Source of the DNA: an uncultured Pseudomonadota bacterium
GTDB taxonomy: Bacteria; Oederibacteriota; Muellerivitia; Muellerivitales; Muellerivitaceae
Direction of reading: 5' to 3'
Length of the DNA stretch: 64,000 nt
Assembly: GCA_963770835.1 (NCBI GenBank)
Contig: CAVYRH010000004.1
Span: 96,001-160,000, forward strand
The notes under the pieces were generated by a model. It did no database searches. It was not told where the DNA came from and saw only the letters and a list, made by a program, of their open reading frames with translations. A program made the translations under genes and the position numbers. How positions within the stretch are numbered: the first letter of the stretch is position 1; the number at the start of each line of letters is the position of its first letter. Positions 1 through 9,136 of this stretch are shown in pieces.

Positions 1-210
1 AAGATCATCGCCCGCACCTCCCCCCAGGACATGGGCATGATGCTCAGCTACATGATCCCCGGCATGAACGGCGCCGAACGGCTGGCCTTTTTATCCTATC
101 TGAAGGCCGCGGCCCCCCCGGAAGTCTTCGGCAAGGTGAAGGGCCTGGCCCAAGAGGTCCTGGCGCCCAAGGACTGGGAAAAACTCTCCACCCAATTGGA
201 AACGGTATGA
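1..210 (+). CDS. C-terminal fragment of a protein, likely hemerythrin-domain family (partial at window edge)
   Basis: Frame 1 is open to TGA at 208-210: ...MLSYMIPGMNGAERLAFLSYLKAAAPPEVFGKVKGLAQEVLAPKDWEKL..., resembling the C-terminus of hemerythrin-domain proteins. Confidence 0.5.
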   Translation, partial: KIIARTSPQDMGMMLSYMIPGMNGAERLAFLSYLKAAAPPEVFGKVKGLAQEVLAPKDWEKLSTQLETV

Positions 211-235
211 CTCACCCCAAGGTCAGGAGCTGACC

Positions 236-643
236 ATGGCGAAAAAAACGGCGCCCGCGAAAAAGACGGCCCCGGTGTTCGGGGAAATGGTGGGGTTCGT
301 GCCCAGCCATGACCTGGAACGGTCCAAGGTTTTTTACACCCAGGTCTTGGGTTTCCGTACCCAAGGGAAAGACCCTTTCGCCCTGGTCCTGGATGCCCAT
401 GGAAATACCATCCGGGTGGTCGGACTCCAGGGTTTCAAGCCCGCGACATATACCGTCCTGGGCTGGGAAGTCACCCGCATCGGCAAGGTGGTGGCGGACC
501 TCCGGAAAAAAGGCGTGGTCTTCCAAAGGTACAATGGAATGAAGCAGGACGCCCACGGCATCTGGAAGGCCCCGGGCGGGGCCCGGGTTGCCTGGTTCAG
601 GGACCCGGACGGCAACGTGCTTTCGATAACGCAATCGGCCTGA
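236..643 (+). CDS. VOC/glyoxalase family protein
   Basis: Motifs DLERSKVFYTQVLG and VAWFRDPDGNVLSI; AGGAG RBS upstream. Confidence 0.9.
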   Translation: MAKKTAPAKKTAPVFGEMVGFVPSHDLERSKVFYTQVLGFRTQGKDPFALVLDAHGNTIRVVGLQGFKPATYTVLGWEVTRIGKVVADLRKKGVVFQRYNGMKQDAHGIWKAPGGARVAWFRDPDGNVLSITQSA

Positions 644-1347
644 TGAAAAATCCCAACTACGCCCAGGCGAAAAAAGCACTACGCCGCCACGCGAACCCCC
701 AAAAAGCCAAAACCTACAGGGGGTTTTTCAAGAACGCCGAAAAGGACGTCTTTCTCGGCGTCACCGCGCCTTTGATGCGGCAAGTGGCCAAGGATTTTTG
801 GGAAATGCCCTTGCCCGACCTGCGCCGCCTGATGGCCTCCCGAGTGCACGACGAAAGGTCCCTGGCCAATTCGGTATTGGTGCTGAAATACCGCAAGGGC
901 GACGAGAAAACCAAGAACCAGATCTTTGATTTTTACCGGAAAAACCGCCGGTTCATCCAAAACTGGGACGGGGTCGATGACAGCGCGCCCTATATCGTGG
1001 GGCCTCACTTGTTGGACAAGGACCGAAAGGTTCTTTTCCAATTGGCGGGCTCGAAGAGCCTTTGGGACCGGCGCATCGCCATGGTTTCCACCTGGTGGTT
1101 CATCCGGCAGGGCGACACGGTGGATAGCTTCAAGCTGGCGGAAAGGTTCGTCAAGGATGAGGAAGACCTGATGCACAAGGCCGTGGGCTGGATGCTCCGG
1201 GAGGCGGGAAAGCGGGACCTGGGGGGATTGAAGAAATTCCTCAAGCGGCACCACCGGACCATGCCGCGCACCATGCTGCGTTACGCCATCGAGAGGTTCC
1301 CGGAACCCGAGCGCCGGAAATACCTGATTAAAAAGGCGTCCAAGTGA
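643..1347 (+). CDS. DNA alkylation repair protein (AlkD-like HEAT-repeat glycosylase family)
   Basis: Motifs FLGVTAP, NWDGVD, LWDRRIAMV, HKAVGWMLREAGK, MPRTMLRYAIE; start overlaps upstream stop. Confidence 0.9.
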   Translation: MKNPNYAQAKKALRRHANPQKAKTYRGFFKNAEKDVFLGVTAPLMRQVAKDFWEMPLPDLRRLMASRVHDERSLANSVLVLKYRKGDEKTKNQIFDFYRKNRRFIQNWDGVDDSAPYIVGPHLLDKDRKVLFQLAGSKSLWDRRIAMVSTWWFIRQGDTVDSFKLAERFVKDEEDLMHKAVGWMLREAGKRDLGGLKKFLKRHHRTMPRTMLRYAIERFPEPERRKYLIKKASK

Positions 1348-1431
1348 TTACCCGGCGGTAATTACTTGAAGAAAGTGACCAAAGGTCCGACCTTCAGCCG
1401 GAAGATTCCAATGCGTTAAAGGAGGCGGGCC

Positions 1432-2151
1432 ATGTTGAAAACCAGGTTATCGCAGGACCGGGGCCACGCGGACCACGGCTGGCTGGAAAGCTATCACACC
1501 TTCTCTTTCGCGGGTTATTACGACCCCGAGTACCACGGCTTCCGGTCACTCCGAGTCATCAACGAGGACCGGGTTCAACCCGGCCAGGGCTTCGGCCGCC
1601 ACCCCCACGACAACATGGAAATTCTCAGCTACGTGCTGGAGGGCAATTTGGAGCACAAGGACAGCATGGGTACGGGCTCGGTCATCAAGCCGGGGGATGT
1701 GCAGGTCATGAGCGCGGGCACCGGCATCACTCATAGCGAGTTCAATCCTTCCCCTAAGGAGAAGGTTCATTTCCTCCAGATCTGGATGTTCCCGGACAAA
1801 CAGGGGCTCAAGCCCCGCTACGACCAGAAGCACTTCTCGGAGGAGGACAAGAAGGACAAGCTTCTCTTGATCGGATCAAAGCAAGGCCGGGACGGTTCGG
1901 TGGTGATCCACCAGGACATCGACCTTTTCGCCTCGCGCCTGGGCCCGGGGAAGAATCTTCAATATCAAATCCGGCCTGGCTCAGGCTTTTGGCTGCAAGT
2001 GATTGAGGGCGGGTTGGAGGTCAACGGGACAAAACTAAAGGCGGGCGACGCGGTTTACGGGAAAGAGGAAAAGGCCCTCGAGGTCAAAGCCAATAAGGAA
2101 TCCGAATTCCTCCTGTTCGATGTCGGGAAAGACGACTGGCGGAAGAATTAA
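1432..2151 (+). CDS. Pirin family protein (YhhW-like)
   Basis: RGHADHGWL, HTFSF, GFGRHPHDNMEI, MSAGTGITHSE, FLQIW; AGGAGG RBS. Confidence 0.95.
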   Translation: MLKTRLSQDRGHADHGWLESYHTFSFAGYYDPEYHGFRSLRVINEDRVQPGQGFGRHPHDNMEILSYVLEGNLEHKDSMGTGSVIKPGDVQVMSAGTGITHSEFNPSPKEKVHFLQIWMFPDKQGLKPRYDQKHFSEEDKKDKLLLIGSKQGRDGSVVIHQDIDLFASRLGPGKNLQYQIRPGSGFWLQVIEGGLEVNGTKLKAGDAVYGKEEKALEVKANKESEFLLFDVGKDDWRKN

Positions 2152-3140
2152 AAAACGATGACCTGCTTTTCCTTGGCGGCCTTGGCCGCAATTTTCTCAT
2201 AGGCGGCCGGGGCTTGCTCCAGGGAAAGGGTCTCCAAGCGGAGAGGCGCGACCTTGCCCGACTCGACCAAGGGCACGAGTTCCCGCAAGATGGTTCCGCT
2301 TTCGGCGAAAGACCGTTTTAAGGAATCCACCCCGATCAGGGAAAGTTCCTTGTGGTAAAAATCCACCAGGTTCAGGCCGACCCGGGGGTCCCCGGGGCTC
2401 GTGATGGCCACCTGCCGGCCCCTCAAGGCCAGGCTCTTCAAGCCTTCCTCAAAAAGAGGCCCGCCCACGGTGTCAAAAACCAGGGCGGCGCCTTTCCCGG
2501 CCGTCAGGTCCATGACCGCCTCCGGTAGCTTTTTCTCGTCCAGCGCGATCCATTCGTCCACCGGAAGGTGCTTCACCCTTTCGCGGCCGGAGGCCTTGGA
2601 AAGGGTGCCCAGGACCCTGGCGCCCCGGGCTTTGGCGATTTGGGAGGCGGTGGAGCCTACGGATCCGCCGGCGCCGATGATAAGGAGGGTCTCGCCGGGT
2701 TGGAGCCGGCCCGCGTTCACCACGGCCTGCCAGGCGGTCAAGAAGGCCACCCCCGACGCGGCGGCCTGGGCGTAGGACCAAGCGGAAGGTTTCAAGGACA
2801 GCGCTTCTTCGGGGACGCACAGCATCTCGGCGTGGCTTCCATCGCGGCCGAAACCCAGGTTGCCGCCGGTGCCGAAGACTTCCCGGCCCACGATGGAGGA
2901 GGAACCTTTCAGGACGACCCCGGAAAAATCCCGGCCCGGGACGCGGGGAAGGGTGGTGAAAGGGAACCTCCCCAAGACATTCCCGATGTCGCTGGGATTG
3001 ATGGCGGCGGCCTTGACCTGCACCAGGGCTTCGCCGTCCTTGGGGACGGGCAGGGGAAGGTCCCGCACTTGGAGGTTGGAAAGGGCGCCGGTTTTCTCGA
3101 AGTAGAGGGCCCTCATTTTCCGCTCAACGCTTTGACCCAA
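2148..3140 (-). CDS. Quinone oxidoreductase-like MDR/zinc-binding alcohol dehydrogenase family protein
   Basis: AAAINPSD, PRVPGRDFSG, GAGGSVG nucleotide-binding motif, DTVGG. Confidence 0.9.
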   Translation of the reverse strand: MGQSVERKMRALYFEKTGALSNLQVRDLPLPVPKDGEALVQVKAAAINPSDIGNVLGRFPFTTLPRVPGRDFSGVVLKGSSSIVGREVFGTGGNLGFGRDGSHAEMLCVPEEALSLKPSAWSYAQAAASGVAFLTAWQAVVNAGRLQPGETLLIIGAGGSVGSTASQIAKARGARVLGTLSKASGRERVKHLPVDEWIALDEKKLPEAVMDLTAGKGAALVFDTVGGPLFEEGLKSLALRGRQVAITSPGDPRVGLNLVDFYHKELSLIGVDSLKRSFAESGTILRELVPLVESGKVAPLRLETLSLEQAPAAYEKIAAKAAKEKQVIVF

Positions 3141-3178
3141 GGACTTCCTCCAAAAATAATTAAGAAAAGAATCGTTGA

Positions 3179-3280
3179 ACCACCAAGGTCACCAAGCTCA
3201 CTAAGAACGGCGAAAACAATAAATTCTTAAAACGAATCTTAGCTTTTATCTTTCTTGGTGGTCTTGGTGACCTTAGTGGT
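3179..3280. repeat. Inverted-repeat element with 9-bp-periodic arms (CACCAAG variant)
   Basis: accaccaag-gtcaccaag-ctcactaag-aa (3179-3207) and its near reverse complement (3252-3280) around an AT-rich spacer. Confidence 0.8.
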
Positions 3281-3290
3281 AAAAATGTTT

Positions 3291-3471
3291 CGGAACTATG
3301 GCTTTGACGTCACCCATTTAAGCGAGGCCATTTGCCGTTGCTTTCCCCTTCTCCCTTGAGGGGAGAAGGCCGGGATGAGGGTGGATTTGACGGCTAAGTC
3401 ACCCCTCACCCTACCCTCTCCCCCAAGGGGCGAGGGTTTTTGACTTAAAGTACGCCAAGTGCATAGTTCCG
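3291..3471. mobile_element. MITE, 181 bp, with terminal inverted repeats and 8-bp target-site duplication (IS1595-family-like by inference)
   Basis: Ends CGGAACTATG.../...CATAGTTCCG; flanking direct repeat AAATGTTT at 3283-3290 and 3472-3479; internal CCCCTCACCCTACCCTCTCCC-type palindromes. Confidence 0.8.
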
Positions 3472-3495
3472 AAATGTTTTACCGTGTTTGGGGAT

Positions 3496-3885
3496 TTAAA
3501 TATCCTTGAGGCTGAAGTGCAGCCCTTTCAAGGAAGCCACGACCATCCAAACGCCCAAACCGATGACGAAGACCCCAAAGGCCATTTTCAGCCAGGCGTC
3601 CCCCAGCTTGTGGGCCAGCAAGGAACCCAGCCAGGCGCCCCCGAACATCGTTAGCGCGATCAACAGGGCGGCTTTCAGGTTGACGTTGCCTTGGCGGTAG
3701 TATTCGAAGACAGCCGCCAAGCCCACCGGCGGCAGGAGCACCGCCAGGCTGGTGCCGACCGCTTGTTCCTGGGTGAATCCGCACAAAAAAGCGAGGGCGG
3801 GAACGATCAGGACCCCTCCCCCGATGCCCAAAAGGCCGGAGGCGATTCCGGCGACCAAACCGATGACCAAGAAAGCGATAACCAT
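3496..3885 (-). CDS. Sulfite exporter TauE/SafE family membrane protein (half-size)
   Basis: GLLGIGGGVLIVPAL, QAVGTSL; about 4 TM helices; start chosen at ATG 3885 after an AAGGGGG RBS. Confidence 0.9.
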   Translation of the reverse strand: MVIAFLVIGLVAGIASGLLGIGGGVLIVPALAFLCGFTQEQAVGTSLAVLLPPVGLAAVFEYYRQGNVNLKAALLIALTMFGGAWLGSLLAHKLGDAWLKMAFGVFVIGLGVWMVVASLKGLHFSLKDI

Positions 3886-3938
3886 AGATCCCCCTTTCAA
3901 ACCTTATTCACCCTTCGTCCTTTTGGATCTGGCTTTTA

Positions 3939-4175
3939 TTATAAAAACCTTTTCTTCAAAAATGCCTTACCAGAACCAGATTTGAAATACCGTTCCAGTT
4001 TTCTAGCGTGGGATTCTGTTTCAACCGCCACATATGACTTTAGCTTTATTGGACGGAAAGATTCGGTGGAAATAACTTCGCCGGTTTGATGAGAACGGAA
4101 ACGCCTTTTGAGATCGTCGGTAGACCCGACGTAGGTGTCTTTGTTGTTGAGTTCCAAGAAATAGACATACCACAT
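3939..4175 (-). CDS. Small GIY-YIG nuclease family protein
   Basis: WYVYFL...YVGSTDDLKRRFRSH...ARKLERYFKSGSG. Confidence 0.9.
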   Translation of the reverse strand: MWYVYFLELNNKDTYVGSTDDLKRRFRSHQTGEVISTESFRPIKLKSYVAVETESHARKLERYFKSGSGKAFLKKRFL

Positions 4176-4209
4176 CAGTTACAACCTTTACATTTACCGC
4201 AGAAAAAAA

Positions 4210-4387
<178 letters not shown>

Positions 4388-4401
<14 letters not shown>

Positions 4402-4564
4402 GGGTCAAAACACTAACTAAGTTGTGGGTTCTTTAGTCCTATTGGCCTCAACGAATGCGTCTTCAGCCGCATGGACGAAAGAAACATTTAATTTCAATTC
4501 CGGATGGAAACTTTCGTCGCGCCCCTTCGGGGCGACCGCCCATCTGCCATCTCTCCGGGTCAAA
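4388..4564. repeat. 22-bp direct repeat duplicating the tRNA 5' end and 8 nt of leader
   Basis: tctgccatctctccgggtcaaa at 4388-4409 and 4543-4564. Confidence 0.85.
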
Positions 4565-4584
4565 TAAGTGTTTAGGTTGGTAGT

Positions 4585-4615
4585 AAAAAAAGGCGCACCG
4601 GAAAACCGGTGCGCC
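4585..4615 (-). terminator. Terminator-like hairpin with U-tract upstream of the tRNA
   Basis: Minus strand reads ggcgcaccgg-tttt-ccggtgcgcc-ttttttt. Confidence 0.55.
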
Positions 4616-4734
4616 AATAAGCAAAAACCTATTGTAGTGGAAAATAAGGCCGCATTGTAAAGGGATTGACCTGCACCCGCCGGCCTCAGGATGTTATGAT
4701 ATTATAACTTTCACCCTGGAAAACGCCGATCCCC

Positions 4735-5382
4735 ATGAAAAAGACATCCATCGCCCACCTGCGCCGTGAGTACCGCAATCGCGGGCTCACCGAGAAAGAA
4801 GCCCCCGCCAATCCGCTCCCCCTTTTTGAGAAGTGGTTCAAGGAAGCCCTGAAAGCACGGGTCCTGGACGCCAACGCCATGGCGCTCACCACCGTTTCCC
4901 CCCAAGGCCGCCCTTCGGCGCGGATGGTCCTCTTAAAAGGTTATGACCCCAAGGGGTTCGTCTTTTACACCAATTACCAAAGCCATAAGGGACGGGACTT
5001 GAGCCATAAACCGGCAGCCAGCCTGCTGTTTTTTTGGCCGCAATTGAGCCGCCAGGTCCGCATTGACGGGCCGGTGAAGAAGGTGCCGGATTGGGAATCG
5101 GACGAGTATTTCGCCACCCGCCCCCGGGGAAGCCAGCTCTCGGCTTGGGCCTCGGACCAAAGCCAGGTGATTTTCCACCGGGAGGCGCTGGAAAGGCGCA
5201 TGAGAGAACTGGAAAAGAAGTACGAAGGCGGGTTGATCCCCCGGCCCCCCCATTGGGGCGGCTACCGCCTTTCGCCCGAAACTATCGAGTTTTGGAAAGG
5301 GCGCCCCAACCGGCTGCACGACCGGCTGGTGTACCGCCGCAAGGCGGGGAGTGGATGGAAAAGGGAACGACTTGCGCCCTAA
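4735..5382 (+). CDS. pdxH: Pyridoxamine 5'-phosphate oxidase
   Basis: LRREY, PSARMVLLK, GFVFYTNYQSHKG, RPPHWGG, EFWKGRPNRLHDR, ERLAP. Confidence 0.97.
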   Translation: MKKTSIAHLRREYRNRGLTEKEAPANPLPLFEKWFKEALKARVLDANAMALTTVSPQGRPSARMVLLKGYDPKGFVFYTNYQSHKGRDLSHKPAASLLFFWPQLSRQVRIDGPVKKVPDWESDEYFATRPRGSQLSAWASDQSQVIFHREALERRMRELEKKYEGGLIPRPPHWGGYRLSPETIEFWKGRPNRLHDRLVYRRKAGSGWKRERLAP

Positions 5383-5392
5383 AAGGCTGTTA

Positions 5393-5521
5393 ACCACAGA
5401 GTTCACGGAGTACACAGAGTAAGGCATAAATATTTTGGATTTTTGTCTAAATAAATAAGAAAGCCAAATTTGTTAAGTCTTAATCTTTGTTTTACTCTGT
5501 GAACTCTGTGTCCTCTGTGGT
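5393..5521. repeat. Inverted-repeat element with 9-bp-periodic CACAGAG arms
   Basis: accacagag-ttcacggag-tacacagag-taa (5393-5422) pairs with ttactctgtgaactctgtgtcctctgtggt (5492-5521); AT-rich spacer. Confidence 0.85.
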
Positions 5522-5536
5522 GAGAAAGAGATTTTG

Positions 5537-8113
5537 ATGGAACAGGCTAAAAAAACCGAAACCCGCGGCAAAGTCATCCAAACCGCCAGCATTATGGCGG
5601 TGTTGGTGCTTTTCTACGCGGCCCTCTGGGTTTTAAGGCGGGAAGTAAGGGCCAGCCATTACGAGGACGTCCTTCGTTATTTAAGGGAAATCCCGCCCCA
5701 TAACTTCTTCCTGGCCCTCTTGGCGGCCCTCGGCAGTTATTTCGCACTCACCTTTTATGACGTCCTGGGCTTGCGGCACATCAACAACCCCCTTTTCTAC
5801 CCCAAAACCGCCCTGACGTCCTTCATCGCTTATACCTTCAGCCACAACATTGGGGCGGCACCCCTGACCGGGGGCGGTATCCGGTACCGGCTTTATTCCG
5901 CCTGGGGCCTGACGGCGGGTGAATCGGCCAATGTTCTGGTCACCTGCGGGGTGACCTTTTGGGTGGGTTTTCTCACCATGGGCGCCGTCTTTTTCTTCCT
6001 ACAGCCTCCCGAACTGCCCCCTTCCGTGCACCTGCCCTTCAACTCCGTCATCTCAGCGGGCGTTTTCTGCGTGCTGGCCGTCACGGCCTACCTTTTAAGC
6101 GCCATCCTCATCAAGAAAACCATCATGATCTTCCGTTGGAAGTTTCCCACTCCCACGCTGAGCCTTGCCGTAAGCCAAATGGTGGTGGGTTCGGTGGATT
6201 GGACCTGTTCGGGCACCGCGCTTTACCTCCTCTTGCCGCCCAACTCCCTTTCCTTCCCCTCTTTCCTGGCCATCTACCTGCTGTCCCAGATTATCGGCTT
6301 CGCCAGCCAGGTGCCGGGAGGATTGGGTGTTTTGGAAACCGTGGTGGTCCTGCTTCTTTCGCCTTTCTTACCCGCCTCGGACGTGCTGGGCGCCATGCTG
6401 GCTTTCCGGCTGGTTTATTACCTCATTCCTTTCGTGCTGGGATTGACGTCCTTCACCCTTTACGAAATCAACCGCAATAAGGAAGGTTTCAAACGGGCCC
6501 TCCAAATCCTGGACCGCTTCGCGCCGGATTTCGTGCCGCAAGCTTTCGCCTTCCTCATCTTCCTCGGCGGCTCGCTGCTTTTTTTCTCCAACGCCACCCC
6601 CGAGGAGTCCCACCGCATCACCCGCCTCGGCGAGCTGATGCCGCTTTGGGTTTTGGAAGGCTCCCACTTGCTCACCGGAGTCACGGGCGCCGTGCTTTTG
6701 GTTTTAGCGCGCGGGGTGCAGCAAAGGCTCCAGTCGGCTTATGTCCTGGGCCTCGTTTTCTTGGGGGCCGGCACGCTGGGTTGCCTTTTCAAGGGCTTCG
6801 ATTTCAAGGAAGCCCTGACCCTGCTCGTTGTTTTCGGGGCGCTCTTGCCCTGTGGGCGTTATTTTTCCCGGCGCACTTCCGTTTTCCAGCAGCGTTATTC
6901 CCCCATCTGGGTGACGGCCATCCTCTTCGTCTTGTTGGGGTCCATCTGGACCGGCGTTTTCAACTACCGCTACGAGGACTACTCGGCGGACCTTTGGACG
7001 ACCTTTGATATCGTGGAGGATTCGGCGCGGTTCTTGAGGTCCACCCTGGGCGCTACGGTGACGCTTTTGGTTTTCTCCATCGTGTCACTTCTTTCCCCCA
7101 TCCAGCCCGAGACCGAATTTCCCGGCCCCGTCGAACTGGACCGGGCCCAGGAGGCGGCCAAGAAATCCCGCCGGGCCTCGGCGGCCCTGGCCCTCATGGG
7201 CGACAAAGCCCTCTACTTTAATAAGAAAAACGACGCCTTTTTGATGTACGCCATCGAGGGCCGAATCTGGATCGTGCTGGGGGACCCGGTAGGGGAAGAG
7301 AAGGAAAGGGAGGAACTGGCGGCCAAGTTCAAGGACCTCTGCCACCGCAAGAAAATGTGGGTTCTTTTTTTACTGGTGGATCCCCAACATTTCCAGTTCT
7401 ACCTGGATATGGGGCTCACCGTGGTCAAGGTCGGTGAAGAAGCACGGGTGCCCCTGAAGACCTTCAGGCTGGACACCCTCGCCTCCGCGGATTTGAAAAG
7501 CTCCCACCAGCGGTTCAAGGAAAAAGAGGAATATACCTTCGAGGTCCTGCCGGAAGGCGCGAAACCGGATCTCTTACCCGAGCTTAAGAAAGTTTCCGAA
7601 GAATGGCTGAGCAAGAACAAGACCCGCGAAATGGGGTTTTCCGCGGGGTTTTTCCAGGACGCCTACCTGCAGCGGTTTCCCCTGGCGGTCGTGCGGCGGG
7701 AAGGTAAGGTGGAAGCCTTCGCCAACCTGCTGGAAAGCGGCGTCAAGGAGGAAATCCTGGCCGACTTGCTGCGTTCCTCCCACGAGGCCCCGGCGGTCTT
7801 GGAGGATTACCTTCTTTTGGAAACCATGCATTGGGCCAAGGAAAAAGGCTTCAAGTGGTTCAACCTGGGCGCGGCCCCGCTTTTGGACGTGGAAGAAAGC
7901 CCCTTGGCCCCCTTCAAGGACAAGATCGCCCAAATCCTCTCGCCCTACGCCCATGTGCTGAAGCTGCCGGACATCCGCAAGGAAAAAGAAAGGTTCAACC
8001 CGGAATGGTCGCCCCAATACCTGGCGGCCTCCGCCAACCTGCCGCTGGCCGTGGCCTTCGCCAACAGCCGGGCCTTGATCGCCAAGGGCAGCCGGGTGAA
8101 CGTCAAAAAATGA
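5537..8113 (+). CDS. mprF: Bifunctional aminoacyl-phosphatidylglycerol flippase/synthetase
   Basis: Many TM helices with GGGIRYRLY, VPGGLGVLE and FRLVYYLIPF; C-terminal DUF2156-like domain (LGDPVG, VGEEARV, WSPQYLA). Confidence 0.92.
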   Translation: MEQAKKTETRGKVIQTASIMAVLVLFYAALWVLRREVRASHYEDVLRYLREIPPHNFFLALLAALGSYFALTFYDVLGLRHINNPLFYPKTALTSFIAYTFSHNIGAAPLTGGGIRYRLYSAWGLTAGESANVLVTCGVTFWVGFLTMGAVFFFLQPPELPPSVHLPFNSVISAGVFCVLAVTAYLLSAILIKKTIMIFRWKFPTPTLSLAVSQMVVGSVDWTCSGTALYLLLPPNSLSFPSFLAIYLLSQIIGFASQVPGGLGVLETVVVLLLSPFLPASDVLGAMLAFRLVYYLIPFVLGLTSFTLYEINRNKEGFKRALQILDRFAPDFVPQAFAFLIFLGGSLLFFSNATPEESHRITRLGELMPLWVLEGSHLLTGVTGAVLLVLARGVQQRLQSAYVLGLVFLGAGTLGCLFKGFDFKEALTLLVVFGALLPCGRYFSRRTSVFQQRYSPIWVTAILFVLLGSIWTGVFNYRYEDYSADLWTTFDIVEDSARFLRSTLGATVTLLVFSIVSLLSPIQPETEFPGPVELDRAQEAAKKSRRASAALALMGDKALYFNKKNDAFLMYAIEGRIWIVLGDPVGEEKEREELAAKFKDLCHRKKMWVLFLLVDPQHFQFYLDMGLTVVKVGEEARVPLKTFRLDTLASADLKSSHQRFKEKEEYTFEVLPEGAKPDLLPELKKVSEEWLSKNKTREMGFSAGFFQDAYLQRFPLAVVRREGKVEAFANLLESGVKEEILADLLRSSHEAPAVLEDYLLLETMHWAKEKGFKWFNLGAAPLLDVEESPLAPFKDKIAQILSPYAHVLKLPDIRKEKERFNPEWSPQYLAASANLPLAVAFANSRALIAKGSRVNVKK

Positions 8114-8814
8114 AGAAGTCAGTCCACAGTTCACAGTCGACAGTCGGCAGCAACAACTTGAACACCAGTCAACCGCGGGGGTTTTTAAAGGTTTTGCCGT
8201 GGACTGTCGACCGTCGGCTGTCAACTTTCGCCGGAATCCTTCTAACTTTCTGCTTTCTAGCGGGTTGCGCGCCGGTGGGGTATGAAATCCGCAATACCGG
8301 CGTTCAGGCCACTCCCGATGAGGCCATCCATAACGCCGAAACTTTCCTGAAGACCCGTCCCAATTGGAAAATCGACTGCTCCCATTTTGTCCTGGCGTGC
8401 TACCACTCGCCGGAAATGGACCGCTTCTTCGCCAAGTACAACTATCTCAACCACAACCTCACCAAGGACTTAAGGATCTACCTGGAGCAGAACGGGAAAA
8501 GGCGCGCGCACGCCGTGGACATCCAACCGGGGGACATCCTTATCTTCAACAAGACCTACGATAAGAACGGGGACGGCCATATCGACGACAAGGATACCGA
8601 CACCCACTGCGCCCTTGTTGAAAGCTTCCAGGACATGGTGGTCACCTACATCGACGCCTCGGAAAGCCGGAAGCCTCCGCGAATCCACCGCCGCAAATTC
8701 GGGTTTTACGGGGAAAAATACAATGAAACAGTGGCCCATGACCCGGCCACGGGGCGCAAGATCCACGCGCGGGAAACTTTTTCCGCCGCCTTCAGCCCGC
8801 CGTCCCCGCCCTGA
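8110..8814 (+). CDS. NlpC/P60-like (papain-fold) lipoprotein, probable cell-wall peptidase/amidase
   Basis: ATG overlaps the mprF stop (ATGA); lipobox LAGC; motifs DCSHFV, PGDILIF and TH. Confidence 0.75.
   Translation: MKKSVHSSQSTVGSNNLNTSQPRGFLKVLPWTVDRRLSTFAGILLTFCFLAGCAPVGYEIRNTGVQATPDEAIHNAETFLKTRPNWKIDCSHFVLACYHSPEMDRFFAKYNYLNHNLTKDLRIYLEQNGKRRAHAVDIQPGDILIFNKTYDKNGDGHIDDKDTDTHCALVESFQDMVVTYIDASESRKPPRIHRRKFGFYGEKYNETVAHDPATGRKIHARETFSAAFSPPSPP
8121..8226. repeat. Heptamer-repeat (AGTCNAC) inverted element inside a signal-peptide coding region
   Basis: agtccac-agttcac-agtcgac-agtcggc (8121-8148) and reverse arm gccgtggactgtcgaccgtcggctgtcaact (8196-8226). Confidence 0.85.
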
Positions 8815-9136
8815 AAAAATCGCTGAACGATAAAATTGAGGAAGAAAATGTTTTCCGGAAAATTTTTTTACGGTCCGCTTTCAAAAATTTTTTAAAAAAA
8901 TAAAAATTACTTCCCATCGTTTACCGTCGAAACGTTATCCGAAAAAACAACTTTTACTTTTAATTAACCCCGGGTTTATTTTTATTTTCGGAATTTTTCC
9001 AAAATGAGGCCAGGAAAAATTTCCGGGGCCATGGACCGCTCCTGCGGATAAGGGGCCAAGGACTGCAGACCTTTTCGCCCCCCTTTCATCGGGCCCCCGG
9101 AAATTTTCCGCTGTTATGTTTGGAAGGGAGTCGAGC

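Noticed and set aside
4410..4545. Hammerhead-ribozyme-like words (CTGAAGA and CGAAA on the minus strand)
   Set aside because: GAAA is buried in a perfect gacgaaag/ctttcgtc stem and CTGAAGA is a hairpin loop; the three-stem hammerhead topology cannot be built
7831..8109. N-terminal extension of the NlpC/P60 ORF
   Set aside because: Lies within mprF; ATG 8110 coupled to the mprF stop is the plausible start
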